A stretch of DNA of 64,000 nt, from NCBI GenBank assembly GCA_051362555.1, contig CM120648.1, forward strand, positions 4,584,587-4,648,586, read 5' to 3'. Under the pieces are notes generated by a model, which saw nothing but the letters and a program-made list of their open reading frames with translations, was not told the DNA's origin and did no database searches. Positions 51,901 to 64,000 of this stretch are shown one piece after another (the first letter of the stretch is position 1; the number at the start of each line of letters is the position of its first letter). The position numbers and the translations under genes are program-made. Source of the DNA: Lingula anatina. Its lineage: Eukaryota > Animalia > Brachiopoda.

Positions 51901-54015
51901 GCTAAATTTCTATTCCAACTGCTCCCATGAATGTGTTTTCGAAAAAAATCAGGTGTTAACATGTTACGAAACTTTGAAAATTCAGATTGAAATGAGCACT
52001 CCTCGATATGGCGTCCGTCGTGTACACTCCACACTTTCCCCCTGAAACTTCAAATCCCGCAAAATCTCGTGTTTCCACGGATAATTTAGCGGAAGTCACG
52101 TGACCGTGGAAAAGACTCTATTGGGTTGTTTCAACTCTGCGTAGACTCCTGCTAAGTGCAATTAGCTTAACTGAATGACACGCTTCCTCGAGCAGCTTGT
52201 TAAAAGGTAATTATATTCTAGCTGCTCAAGGAGGCATGTCAGACAATTAAGCTGATTGCAAATGAGAGCCCCTCGCAGAGTGGGACCGTCCCAACTAGTA
52301 TGATGTGACTATCTGAATGGAGCCTTTGTTTCTTATAGACTAGCCAAGGTTTGCCTGTTGAAAAAAATTTGTCAAGGTAGAAAATATATTTTTCATGAAA
52401 CAGTGTGAATATTTAATACTGATGGGCCAAGACTGATATGTCTGGAAGCAAGTAAAAAATAGACCATAAAAAAATAAAAAATATAATTTTTTTACATAAT
52501 ACATACTGATATTTTAGTTATTATTTCCAGACTGGCCGGGACTGGTCGGGTTGACGGGCAGCCATGAGAGCATAAATGACATCACCAAGAAGTTCAAAGT
52601 TTTCAGTGAGAAAAGTCTGATATTGGATGCTGACAATTACTTGGTAATCACCATTCTATGTTGGAGACTTAGACTGCATTCCCACAGATTTAGATCTATC
52701 CATCTGGATCGACCAAACTCCCTGGGGGTTCACGCTAAATTGCTATCAGCTCAAGAGGCTTAAATGTCTGTCACGCCTACTGAATCAGCTAGGTATAAAG
52801 ATAATTACCCCTAACAGTTTTACTAGGCGTGACAGACGTTTAAGCTGGTTAGTTTGATAGCAATTTAGTGAGACTCCCCAGGGAGAAAGATCGATCCAAA
52901 TATCTGTGGGAATTGTCCCTTAAATCCCTGTAATATTTTAGTTGTGCCCTATAAATTATTATTATTACTTCCTGGCAATTATTAGGGGGGAGGTGGGCAT
53001 GCATCATGCATGAGTTTCAACTGTATATTAAAATATTTATTTATGGAACACTTTATATCAAGCTTCATGGGAGTTACAGGTCCACTATACTTTGGGGGGG
53101 GGGGGTATACTTAACTGGACAGGCTTATTTTGATAGATAGACAAGTTAGAAGCCTGTCTTTTATGGAGAGTTTCACCCATGAACATATTTCTGAAGCTTT
53201 GCAAAAACTGGAAAGCGGTGCTGCAGCTTTGCTCAAATTCAAAGAAATTCTCTTGTCCTAAAATACCAGTCATTTTCTGATCTGATTATTCCTTCTGTTT
53301 TTTATATTTTTTCAACAGTTTTGGCATTGTTAATGGGAGTATCATTGTTTTTGTTTTCACCTATATATTAAAGGGATAATAACTCTTCGTATGAGATCTA
53401 TATTTCACAATAAAAACATTGTGAACAACTCATAGAAATATAATATATTCTGTTTTACCACAAAAACGGCAGTTATAGCTAATATTCTGATATCTGAGTT
53501 TGTCTTTGGACCACGAGACCTCCATTGATGGCTATACTCCATTATAATCTCTTAAGAGATTATAACAAAAAAAACAAACTTTTTAGAAAAAAAACAGGTA
53601 CTAACTTTGAATGTAAAAATGGATCCACTAACCATTGGTAAATATGGGGAAATTGTTGTTAACTCCAGGAAAATTCATTTTTTGACCAAAACGAAGACTT
53701 ATTATCCCTTTACAAGAGCATTCCAATTATTTTCAGGTGGACCACACCTCCCTTTATTTCTTCATGTCTCCCGAGGGCACCTTTGTAGAGTACTTATACC
53801 CCAGGGAAATGGATGAAGAAGAAATTGCTGACTGGATGTACAAAACTACCAAAAGGTACTGGTTAACAAACACATGGCTTTATAAGAAAGCCTTAAGCCT
53901 GACTGAAAGGATACACACGTTTCTGATGGCGAGGCGTAAAGAGAAAATTGAGCAAAAAAGGAAGGATCTGAGGGAACAAATGCTTGCAAGAACCACGAAA
54001 GATGAGAGGTCTTGA
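44300..54015 (+). CDS. SCO1: SCO1/SCO2-family mitochondrial cytochrome c oxidase copper chaperone
   Basis: Exons 44300-44449 (Arg-rich presequence), 44918-45136, 45625-45703 (TM), 46163-46339 (GGNFDL..., YFGYTNCPDVCPEEMEK CxxxC), 50425-50517 (SVDPARD), 52531-52643 (GLTGS), 53737-54015 (VDHT); SCO1 vs SCO2 orthology not resolvable. Confidence 0.9.
46392..50135 (-). mobile_element. Non-autonomous Sola3-like DNA transposon in the SCO intron
   Basis: TTAA on both flanks; imperfect TIRs gagctcgtccacgagagaaccagccca...ggcaaggtggggg versus the reverse complement of 50071-50135; frameshifted Cys-rich ORF remnant 49374-48961 (MAEIADCFFAHL...CNRDINSHL...LVPLGS) with a GT-AG intron. Confidence 0.65.
51161..52119. 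mobile_element. ISL2EU/Harbinger-related non-autonomous element with an internal foldback
   Basis: TIR agagtcttttccacg / cgtggaaaagactct with AT on both flanks; minus-strand remnant WNRNLAEVPDDFSMKELKTYLIASKDRTF. Confidence 0.55.
51252..51830. repeat. Long imperfect inverted repeat (~250 bp arms, ~90 bp spacer)
   Basis: gtacttttgtagtatacccc...gtcaaagctgttgaaataaaatg...cgcagtcaataacttgc mirrored at about 51590-51830. Confidence 0.9.
52122..52294. mobile_element. Short hairpin MITE
   Basis: gcaattagcttaa...cctcgagcagct / agctgctcaagg...ttaagctgattgc arms; actctgcg / cgcagagt near the ends. Confidence 0.6.
52669..52923 (+). mobile_element. MITE family B copy 3 (diverged)
   Basis: Shares ctccctgggggttcacgctaaat and tagtgagactc...agatcgatc...tgggaat with the 30173 copy. 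Confidence 0.7.
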
Positions 54016-55041
54016 TGTTGATGTTGGATAAAATGGTGGAACCTAGCAGTTTCTTCACATTTCTCTATTTTGTGCTTTTTTTTTGTGAGTTAAAAAACAA
54101 GGATATCCAAAGGTCAGATCTGTGTAATGCATCTGGTGGTTTAGTTGGACCAAGAAAACTGGTGACGTAGGGAGATAAAGGTCAAGGTCAAATTGTGGGT
54201 TATAACCTACGTTAAGGATCTACATCTTTGATGTCACCGTCACTGACTACACTGGCTGAATATTACACCAAAATTTAAGTCTGCATTTTTAAATTGATAT
54301 TTATTTAATATGTCTATAAAACAAAATGAACATTCTGCATTGATTCTATAAATGCTCGTGTACATTTTCTTTGTTTATAAAGGAATACCAGTTGTATTAA
54401 ATAAAAGTGAAAAGCTAGAAAATTGTCTAAACGATTCGTTGTTGATTTGGATTTGTGCTGCTTTCTTTTAAAAGCGAAACAAAATATATCCCTATAAATA
54501 AATCCATAATGCATTTCTAGCAAGTTGTTAGGGCTGGTCTTTCTTAAAATGCTCTGCTTGACTTGTATCAACTGGGCACGATCCCACAATAATAATGAAA
54601 GACTTCCATTGAAGACTTAGGGGGGCAGTTATCCAGGAATATTTGACACCATACAGTACTTTTTATTGCCCTACACAAAGATTTTGGGGTGTAGCTTTAA
54701 TACTTTTTTTTTTCAAATGCTCAATGTCCTCTTTACGTTATTCACTTCTTTATCGTCACTAATCATGATCTCTTGTAACTAAATGTTTATGACATGACCA
54801 CATTTTATAAAATACATTTTTAAAAATCTACGGATGTAAAATTTGGTCACTTATGCCCAAAAATAATAATTAACTGTCCTTTAACAACAAAATACACATC
54901 AAAATTATCAAATAATAAATAAAATCAAACTGTAACTTGAAACCCTTCGAAGTACTGAGCACGAAAACAATACGATTCATAGCCTATAAATAGTTCCAAC
55001 CCCCTCCTGTCCAATATCCAACAGGTGCCCGCTGTGGTCAC

Positions 55042-58000
55042 TCAGACCAAGGACAACTGACCGCTGGCCAGTGTATGGTACGCCCCTTTCTTGGCCAGGA
55101 GTTCTTGATGTGACCCCTGCTCCACGACCGTCCCGTTGTCCAGTACGGCGATAATATCCGCGTTCTGGACAGTGGACAGGCGGTGGGCGATCATTATACA
55201 TGTCCGGCCCTCCCTGGCCCTGTCCAGCGCCGCCTGGACCACCTGGAATGGGGAGGATTTTTATTTTAGCAAAAATGGAAAAGCATAATATGTATGAGCA
55301 GTTGAATTAAAATGCCAACTTGGGTCAGAGAGGAATAAATGTGCTTTGGTGAAAACAGACGAGTAATTTTATATCGGCTGTCCAACAATTTTTCATTAAA
55401 TAAATTTATGCACTTTCGTTATGAAGACTCTGCTAAAATTACGCATTTTAGGATTGCGTTAATCACTGATCTCAGCTTAGGTGCGTTTTACCGCTAAATG
55501 CATATGATACGGCATCATGTTCTGTAACAGTTGCATTTACTTTTCTGTTCTTTCAACGATATGGACTCGCTGTAGACTCTGATCATGACCTATCTGTTTT
55601 GATATGAACCTAAAAAACGCGTCCAGTCTTAAGTAATAAATTAAGAGTCTAGTTTGTGGCCAACTGACCTTCTCGCTCTCCGTATCCAGCGCCGAGGTGG
55701 CCTCGTCTAGGAGTAGGATGACCGGATTGCACAGCAGAGCACGTGCAATGGCTACCCTCTGTTTTTGACCACCGGACAGCTGCGTTCCTTTCTCACCGAC
55801 CACTGTGTCGTAACCCTGGAATATGGAGATGGCCGGGAAAACGAATAAAACTGTCCGCTGAATTTAAATGGAATTAAATAAAAAATGCGGGGATTCTTTC
55901 TTGTAACGAAAGTGGCGCAGGTCTGGATGGGAAAGCCAACCGCTGCATGCGTTATCACTGTGTGAATCTTTTGTCTAGTGATGGGATACAGTTACACGGT
56001 TTGGATAATAAAAGATTTGATTGGAATCGCAATACAACATAAAATACATGTCAAAAACCATGTTTTAAATAGAGTCTTATATATGACGAGGTTATTTTTT
56101 TCTTTTTTTTTTGCCACATCTGCCCAGGCAGTGCTAGATATGGGCGTGGCCTTACCTGAGGTAGTGATGTGATGAAATCATGGATGTTAGCAGTTCTCGC
56201 TACTTCTATTATCTCCGACATTTCTGCAATGAAAAAAGTCGTGTGTGATGACATTTCAGTGTATTATCCATGTTTTAACCACGTACGCGATTAGGCCAGT
56301 TTAATTTATATGCCAACCTAGAAACGCTGCCCAAGTTTTGGTTGGGGACTTATTTTACATTACATTAAATGTTAGGCGTTTCGACGAAAGCACGTCGACG
56401 ATATAAACTTTGCGCTCGGACCCACGTATTATGGGTCTAAACCTTGCGCCACATATCAGCAACGTTAATATTTAGAGGTCATCTTAAAATGAATAAATTC
56501 ACCTCCAAGCACGATATTTAATAAAATATATAAAAAGAAAAACATGATATTAAAAAGAAAAAAAGAACAAGAACTTTAAAACAAGTAATTCAAATTGGGT
56601 GATTTTTTTCAATCGCTTAATTCGACACTTACCTACGTCTCTCTCCACGCCGTAGGCTATATTGTCCCGTATATTACAGTTAAATAACACCGGCTCCTGG
56701 CTCACGACGCTGATACAGGAACGCAGAAAATTGATGTTCATGGAGCGGATATCTACACCATCTATACTCTGGAAGTGGATCATTTTTATAGTAAGTCTGA
56801 TTGAATGAACAATATAAGAGAATATCATACAGAAAGAGAAATAATATAGAAATTGGTGAAGAGTTTGTTGCACTGAAAAGGGCCAGAGTTCACCGTATCA
56901 TCGAACTAACTTTCCATGGCTTTTCTAATAGCATCCACAATAAAGGCAACTATCTATTATTTTTGTATTTTTATATATATATATAAAGGCGAGTTGCTCG
57001 ACACAGTAGTTGTTATTTTCTATCCCTTTTTCTTGTTGTTATCTGAAACCATTATCTGTTTTTCGATACATTTCAACCCTAGCGCGTGCCCATGCCCATG
57101 CCCAAAAACGCACAAGCTATTCAAAACAAAGGGATACAACAAAAGGAATTCTCTAGCAGAGCTAGGTTTCGATCCTAGGACCTCGGGGTTATGGGCCCCG
57201 CACGCTTCCACTGCGCCACTCTGCTGATGGTTTTCAAATGATGTTCAGCAGGCACTACTATTATCCGATAATTGGCATTGATGCGCATCAGCTGCGGTAG
57301 TTGGTATTATATTTTAATATTCATCACAACTATAGCAACCACTTTCCTCTCTTTCAGTCACCATCACATCTTCATTTATCTTTTCACAAAACCAGCTTTT
57401 TGCTTTAAGAAGTTTATATTCGAAACCATAAATTTGTTTTTCTTTTCTATGTCCATGCCTATGAAAGATACATATTCAATTCAATGGACCATTTTTTCTT
57501 CCTTCCTAGAATTACGACACAATTATTTTAAGTCACAAGTTAAATTATAGGCCTAGACCCTACACGAAGTTGAAATTAGTATCTAGATAAAATTTAACCA
57601 TAGGAAGAGGAAACTTTATTATTAGATATATAAAATGAATTTAAAATAATAAAATATGTATTGTTCTTCAACAGCGATTGACCATTAAAAGTTGTGAAAA
57701 CTACTTACAATACTTCCTGCGTCAGAATCATAGAACCTCTGCAGCAGGGACATAATTGTGCTCTTCCCACAGCCGCTCTGCCCAACTAACGCAATCGTCT
57801 GACCTCGATGGACCTGTAGACTGACACCCTTCAGCACTTTCACGTTCGCGCGACTGGGGTACGTGAACTCTAAATTTTTGATGGTGATGTCCCCTGTCAC
57901 TCTCTCCTGAAAAACGTTCAAATTTGTTGAAATATTAGAGTCTAATCATTTTTATTATCCTGATTTTATCTTGGCTAATTGCAAATCAGCCTTTGACTTT

Positions 58001-58568
58001 ATTTAATTCTGGAATATTATCGCGTGTCATGAGGAACAAATAATAACACACTTATTATTTCTCGAGGACAGTTTTGGGGTCCGCTGCTCTGGATTAAAAA
58101 ATCAATTATTTGTTTTGGATTTCAAAATAAAATCACCTGCGTCCATCAAATAAAAGAATGATCATCGTTTTAGATTTAACGAAGCTTTCATTGGTGGGAA
58201 AATATCATCTCAGAAATATACCCATTCATAAAGAAACACGACAACGTTTTCTTCTACATGTAAGTTACCTCTACCTAGTAAATCTTTAATATCTCAAACC
58301 AATACTAAAATGCCCATATGTGGTCAACCGGCATTACTCTTTATAACAATTGATTAAAAAAAGTGTGTGCATAGGTATAAAAGTGTAGACGATAATTTAA
58401 TCCATAAGTACCAGTCTCGTTCCTTTCTTAGAGTAACTATCAATGGAGGGTCTGACGTCCATTAGTTTATAAATTCTCCCGGTGGCCAGGCGGGCCTTGG
58501 AGTAGTCCGGGAGGAAACTGGCCGCTTGACCCACGGCCAATCCCGTGAACGCTATGGCGAATATTACT
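55042..58568 (-). CDS. ABCB1: ABCB1/P-glycoprotein-type ABC transporter, 3' part (TM12 + NBD2); upstream exons not found in window
   Basis: Exons 58568-58412 (PDYSKA), 57906-57709 (GQSGCGKST Walker A), 56768-56633 (VSQEPVLF), 56223-56156 (ANIHDFI), 55815-55669 ([19 protein letters not shown]), 55242-55042 (IAHRLST, stop). Confidence 0.93.
57154..57225 (-). tRNA. tRNA-iMet: Initiator tRNA-Met (CAT), intronic in ABCB1
   Basis: AGCAGAGTGGCGCAGTGGAAGCGTGCGGGGCCCATAACCCCGAGGTCCTAGGATCGAAACCTAGCTCTGCTA: 72 nt, A1-U72 pair, ATCG T-loop diagnostic of eukaryotic initiators, intact stems, downstream TTTT. Confidence 0.97.
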
Positions 58569-58866
58569 CTGAAATGGTCAAAATTTTGTTTCACGTTGAA
58601 TTGTGATTGCAGAGCGTGTTAGAGACGATGAATAAATACCAGTACATAAATAGATAATTTATAAATAAAATAACGGGTTGCTTTGAAAACTCATTCAATG
58701 TCCTAAACCGGATAAAAAAAACTGAAATGGTAATAATAAAATATATTCTCAATAAGATGAAATGTGCTTCAAATCAGCCTGATGCAAGAAAATGAATAAG
58801 AAATTAAAACAAAAAAATCATAATAAATTTTATTTTAATTATTTTATTTCAAGATTAAGAAACTAA

Positions 58867-61328
58867 CCCAGACAGCCTCAGTAATCTGGCCCACGTCTGG
58901 CCCAGATCTGGCAACGTCTGGCAATGTCTGGCAAAACGTATGGCCCACATATGGCTTGCCAGATCTGGGCCAGATGTGGCAATGTTTGGGCCAGATCTGG
59001 CCCAGACATTGCCACATCTGGCCCAGTCCACATTTGCTCATGTGGCCAGATGTCGGCCCAGATCTGGCAATATCTGGCAAAGGTATGGCATGCCGGATGT
59101 GGACCAGAAGTGGGCCAGATGTGGGCCAGATTAGGGCCGGACATGGACCACATATGGCCCAGATTGTTTTTTTTTTCTTTTTTTAAAATTATTTTTAATT
59201 ATTCAATTAAGATTACTATAAAAAAAGACATACAAGATTCAAAATTCAAGTATTTATTCTGTGCTAAAACCCTAAACAAAATTATTACACATTATATAAC
59301 CTTGCTGGCAACTAACATGTAACAAATTAAGGGCCACTCCTTGTCTTTTTGTACAAAACAATGTATGTTTGAAAAAAAAACAAAAAACTACACTGCAAAA
59401 AGGCAAATATACAGACACTTAACAAGAGGAAATGTCACTTACATACATGTAAAGAAAACAGTTATAACAGCATTTTTTTTTTCAACACAAAGCTGCTCAT
59501 CGAATCTGAATTAACACAAATTACAAAAATTGTAATTAATTATGCATATACATGGGGGGGGGGAGGATTTTGAGGGGGAAATATTTTTTCCTTGACAAGC
59601 TTATAATTATTAAAGGAATCAACAATGGAACAAGTAACTACCAAGTTAACAACAGTTCATTCAAATGTCAAGTCAAAACACAACATCCCTTCCTTTCTTG
59701 GAGAGAAACGGTCCTTTCAAAACATGTTAATTGACAGTTCAGTCTTTAAAATGTCTTTTCAAACATTTGCAGAATAGCATATGAACTCCAACTTTTATTC
59801 CTTAAACCACACTGAAAATTCTCAAAACTAATCAACTCATATCAAATCCCATGTCCTTTCACTACTACTGGTCTCTTCCTTTGCTTGCCTTTACATCACA
59901 TTCAAATGTTCCCTTCACTTTTAAAGGTTTCTCAGACGTGTATGAATAATACTGTTTGTTTTCTGGTCCTCCACAAGAGCCGCATTTATTTTTCTTGGAC
60001 TTCAGAATTCTCCATGTATTTTCATCAATGATATTACAATATGCACCTGAATCTGGTAATACACTGAGATTAACACCGCCTCTATTTATTCCATGTCTTC
60101 TGTGTATATTGCATTGGATCCCACACCAAATGTATGTGCACTCCTGGATTATCATGTTCAAAGCTGTCATTTACATGAATAATAGTTTCAGTTTTGCAGA
60201 CTTTTGCAAAGTGATCCAACGTTCCATGTTTTCTCAGTCGGGGAGTTTCTACTTCGTTTTTCATGTCTAAACTCGTAATGTTAAGACTGGCTTGGTTTGT
60301 CAAATGACTTCGGTTTCATCATACTCACAGTTTCTGGTGTTCCAATTTCATTTAAAGCGTTAACTGTCTTATGTACATTCATGTTTATATTCATGTTTCT
60401 AACCTGTGTTTGGGAGAGTCCTGAAAATATCTTGTACACCTGTCCCTGCTGAATACAACATAACATAAGCGCGCGTCTCCTCTGTCATGTATTTTTAATT
60501 TTCTAGCTTTGTTCATTATTCATGCCGTCCGTTGGTTCTGAAACGATCAATCCTTCTCCGTCAGCAAAGAGTTTAAAACTGTCTAGCCATCGCGTCGAGC
60601 GTGACCCTAATGTCTCCGGACTTCTGTACGGTTCGAATTTCGTATTTTCACATTTTTCCTCCATTTTCTCAAAGAAAATTGGCTCACAGTTTTGCACTAG
60701 TGTTAATCCTCGTCGCCAGTGTTGATGCCTTCGAAATAAATCGCATCACGAATCAAATCACTCAACGAATTGTATCAGTTTGATAAGCTTGTGCTTTTTT
60801 CATATCCATAACTCTTTAGAAGAAACGCTACATCCGGGTCCTTGACCGGCTTATCATAAAAAGCGGAATCTTAAAACAGCGGAACGAGTAGTTCAAAAAA
60901 GTTTTAGAACAGTGAATTCATTCAAATGTCAAGTCAAATTAAACAAATAGCACACTTATGAGGGGACTTTGAAGGAAAGAGAGAGAGATAAATTAAATCA
61001 AAATTTATCAAATGACGTCAGTTCACTGCATTCAACTCACTATAGTCCTTAAAAAATAAATAAATAGAAAAAAAATTGAAAATGAAAGTACCATATCTGG
61101 CCCAAGTCTGGGCAGCATCTGGCAAAATGTGGCATAAATGCCAGACTTTGCCAGACTTGGCCCAGATCTGGCAAGTGTCTGGCAAAATGTGGCAAAATGT
61201 GGCATAAATGCCAGACTTTGCCAGACTTGGCCCAGATCTGGCAAGTGTCTGGCAAAATCTGGCCCAGATATTGCCAGACGTTGCCAGATCTGGGCCAGAT
61301 ATGGGCCAGATTACTGAGGCTGTCTGGG
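58867..61328. mobile_element. Non-autonomous CMC/EnSpm-like DNA transposon
   Basis: TIR CCCAGACAGCCTCAGTAATCTGGCCCA at both ends, 2-bp AA flanks, subterminal arrays of ~11-bp CCAGATCTGGC-type units (58885-59162, 61091-61310). Confidence 0.8.
59865..60890 (-). pseudogene. Decayed Ty3/Gypsy fragment (LTR end, PBS, gag, protease) nested in the EnSpm-like element
   Basis: ...ATCAACA-C-TGGCGACGAGG PBS at about 60709-60726; gag-like FEPY...RWLDSFKLFADG; knuckle remnant HFAKVC; protease PDSGAYCNII; multiple frameshifts; upper bound approximate. Confidence 0.75.
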
Positions 61329-64000
61329 AATTGAAATAAGTTGAACCAAACCATAGATATAAGCACATACACTAAATTCCAGTAATATTTAGAAATACAA
61401 AATGTCAATTTCCATTATAACAAGTCGTCAATATTAATGAAATTTAAAGACCTTTTGGTAAAATAGAAAGTGAATATCATCAAATGAGAAGACCCATCGA
61501 CCGGAACTACAACCCGGGCCAAGGAAACTGGGTCAAAGGTAAATAGGTCATATGATCTCATATGCATGTTTCCCATCAATTTGAAAATTCAAGTCGGCAT
61601 CTCTCGGCAGGTGAAAAGGCACTTCCAGGGGAAACCTCCTTCGTGCAGGAAACTAACAGGATGACTTAGTGTTGGAAAGGATATGTAACGTAGATCTACA
61701 GGTAAGAGGGACGTTTTATTCATTGTTTGTGCGTTGTGTGTGTTGGCAATGATAATCAGCTGATTCAGAAAAGACGCAATCGACAAGAATGGATTAACGA
61801 AGAATAGATAGATTCAAGCCTTGGTGTACAGAGTGCAATATTTCCCAATACTTCTTCAAGGCATGAGTCAGATTTCTCCCTCACACAGCCGCCACTAAGG
61901 GGTGCAATATCGCTGGAAACACTCCCCGGTGGAAGTAGGGGATCGACTCCCAGACGGATGTGTGGTAAGAGAAAGCAAGATAAGGTTCATTTTGTAAACA
62001 CAGCAGCAACTCGGGTTCGTGTAGGTTTCACGATCGAATCTCTGACTGCGCCAAATTCAACGCACCAATTTTCACTTGATATATCTAATTTTTATTGCCA
62101 TTTATAACTATTGTAAGTCCTATTAGAGAAATTGAAGGTTTGAGTACAGTGTGTGTAAGTGTGTGTGTGTGTCAGAGAGAGAGAGAGAGAGAGAGAGGAT
62201 GGGGAGGAGGGCAAGGAATAATATACCCCCCCCCCCCCCCCATTTATTCAATTTAAATTTACTGCATGCTTGTTTTCCACACTGCATAAAATGACATGTT
62301 TTACAAGGTTATCACCACAGGATATATATGTACCGAAAATAAGGTTAATTGCCAAATCATAATGGGCTGATGTATGCACATAAATATGTATGTGTTTATA
62401 CATGCATCACAGAGCACAAAGCAATTCTTACATACTTCAACATTCCTCTCTTTATCTCCCATAAAACATGCACATGCAAACACAATTGTGTGTTACGAGA
62501 TCAACACACAAGATAAGGAGGTGCAAGCCTAAACTCCTTACAACCCAGGACCTAGTCACATTTAACACCCAAATACTCATTGATTGACAGCCAAGATAAG
62601 AAGGTGTGATACACAATAACGTAATGTTAAGTCCTTTTTAAGTGCATTTTTCAATTACGTCTACTTGATTCAATCTCAGAGTACCTGATATGGTGATCAG
62701 CATTGGGTTTGGCTTCTTTAAGGCCTTCAGACATTTAAGTTTGAGTTATCTGATGAAAGCTAGTCTGTGACGTGAATGTGAGAAGGTGCTCAAGATGGTT
62801 GTTAATTGCCATCGGGATCGCTATTCAGTGCTTTTCTTTTTTGAAAATCATGTTTTCTGTAATGTTTTTAGAATAAAGGTCTGCATGTAGGCCCTATTTT
62901 CTATGTCTTTAAAAGCTGTTTATTATTTTTTATCAAAACTTGCATGAAGCTGCATCTGAGCTAAGATGTTTCATTATGTCTGTGATACAATAAACAGTGT
63001 ATAAATAAAAAAATAAATATATAAAATAGGTACATATATTTTGCTGTCACATCATATATATATATATATATAAAATTCACATTTACACATTGTTGAAAGA
63101 TAAAAAAAAAATCAAGAAAATAATACAAATATTTTAGGTATTGGTCACAGGTTAACAGAGTACTCTGAACCAATTATATAATTTGCCTGAGTGAAAATGA
63201 GGAATGTAGTTTAATTGAAAATTGTCCAGGTGACAAAGTACCTGCCAAACCAGGTAATTATCACCTGTTAAGTTATACAAAGGCACATCTCTCACATTTA
63301 ATGGCATAACTGTGTGCCTTATATGCGCCAGTCAGGTCTATGGCCAGCAATTTAAAAGGGGGGGGGGGGGGGGTCTGAATAACTCCTGGGACCTTTTTAC
63401 TCTCTTAGTTGATCCAACTCGAGGATCTACATGGCAGCAAGACTTGTATCTGGCAATTATTAAGTAGGGAGAGGGCTTTTTCTGAATAAATGGATATTTT
63501 TTCTCTCTTAATTTATTATCTGCTTAGTTAATCCAATTTTGAAAAATGACATGTAACCTAGTTATTTTTAAGAAGGGAGGGAAGGTTTTTTTTTTCTTAA
63601 AAAAAATTGACTTTTTTTAATGCATAAATGAATTTCATCTTCTTGATTTTTTTTTTTTTTTTTTTGCTGAGACCTTTTTATTTTTAGCGCATTCAACAGA
63701 ACACCAAGAGCCATAAAATTCATGTCCTCCTGAGGGTAATATTTAATACAATACAGGCTTTCAATTTTATATTTACTTTCATGTTATATGGGATTATTAT
63801 AATGAGCTTACCACTGTCAAAGAGGATTATTAAACATGCATATAATGCACCTGACCTTATCTACTTACACCTGTGTTCTAGGTTATATACCTGTGATACC
63901 TGGATTTACCTGGATTACCTGTATTGGTGACTGTGACTGTGTGGAGAGATTTGGTCTCTAGGAATAGTTGTAACTCTGAGGTAAGTTAAGACTGTATTTA

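Noticed and set aside
55911-55945. AGTGGCGCAG tRNA A-box-like start
   Set aside because: No cloverleaf or B-box follows
25172-58568. Esterase-like + sulfotransferase + oxidoreductase + ABCB1 as a detox or biosynthetic cluster
   Set aside because: The esterase is non-catalytic, the sulfotransferase is Golgi carbohydrate-type, and SCO interrupts the set; no evidence of co-function
58844-59322. Overlapping repetitive ORFs and CRISPR-like periodicity (also 61018-61408)
   Set aside because: These are ~11-bp subterminal repeats of the DNA transposon; no unique spacers, no cas genes, eukaryotic context

Overview
Eukaryotic, AT-rich, intron-dense DNA from an invertebrate animal (lineage not determinable from sequence alone). 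Most entries in the ORF track are exon fragments or noise, so I reconstructed spliced genes by hand from GT-AG boundaries and reading-phase continuity. Eight protein genes were found: (1) a 24-exon, ~1,276-aa protein with an unusual CARD-like / TRADD-N-like / coiled-coil / vWA / 2x MIB-HERC2 / WWE architecture; (2,3) a convergent paralogous pair of type II membrane proteins with a mucin stalk and 2 PAN/apple-like domains; (4) a catalytically dead cholinesterase-like (neuroligin-type) membrane protein; (5) a carbohydrate sulfotransferase with a degenerate PAPS-binding segment; (6) a Gfo/Idh/MocA oxidoreductase with a tandemly duplicated 186-nt exon, likely mutually exclusive; (7) an SCO1/2 copper chaperone; (8) the 3' part of an ABCB1-type transporter with an intronic initiator tRNA-Met. 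Introns carry Sola3-like, ISL2EU-like and CMC/EnSpm-like non-autonomous DNA transposons (the last containing a Gypsy gag-protease fragment) and several MITE families. Domain and TE-family names come from motif recognition by eye, not database searches.
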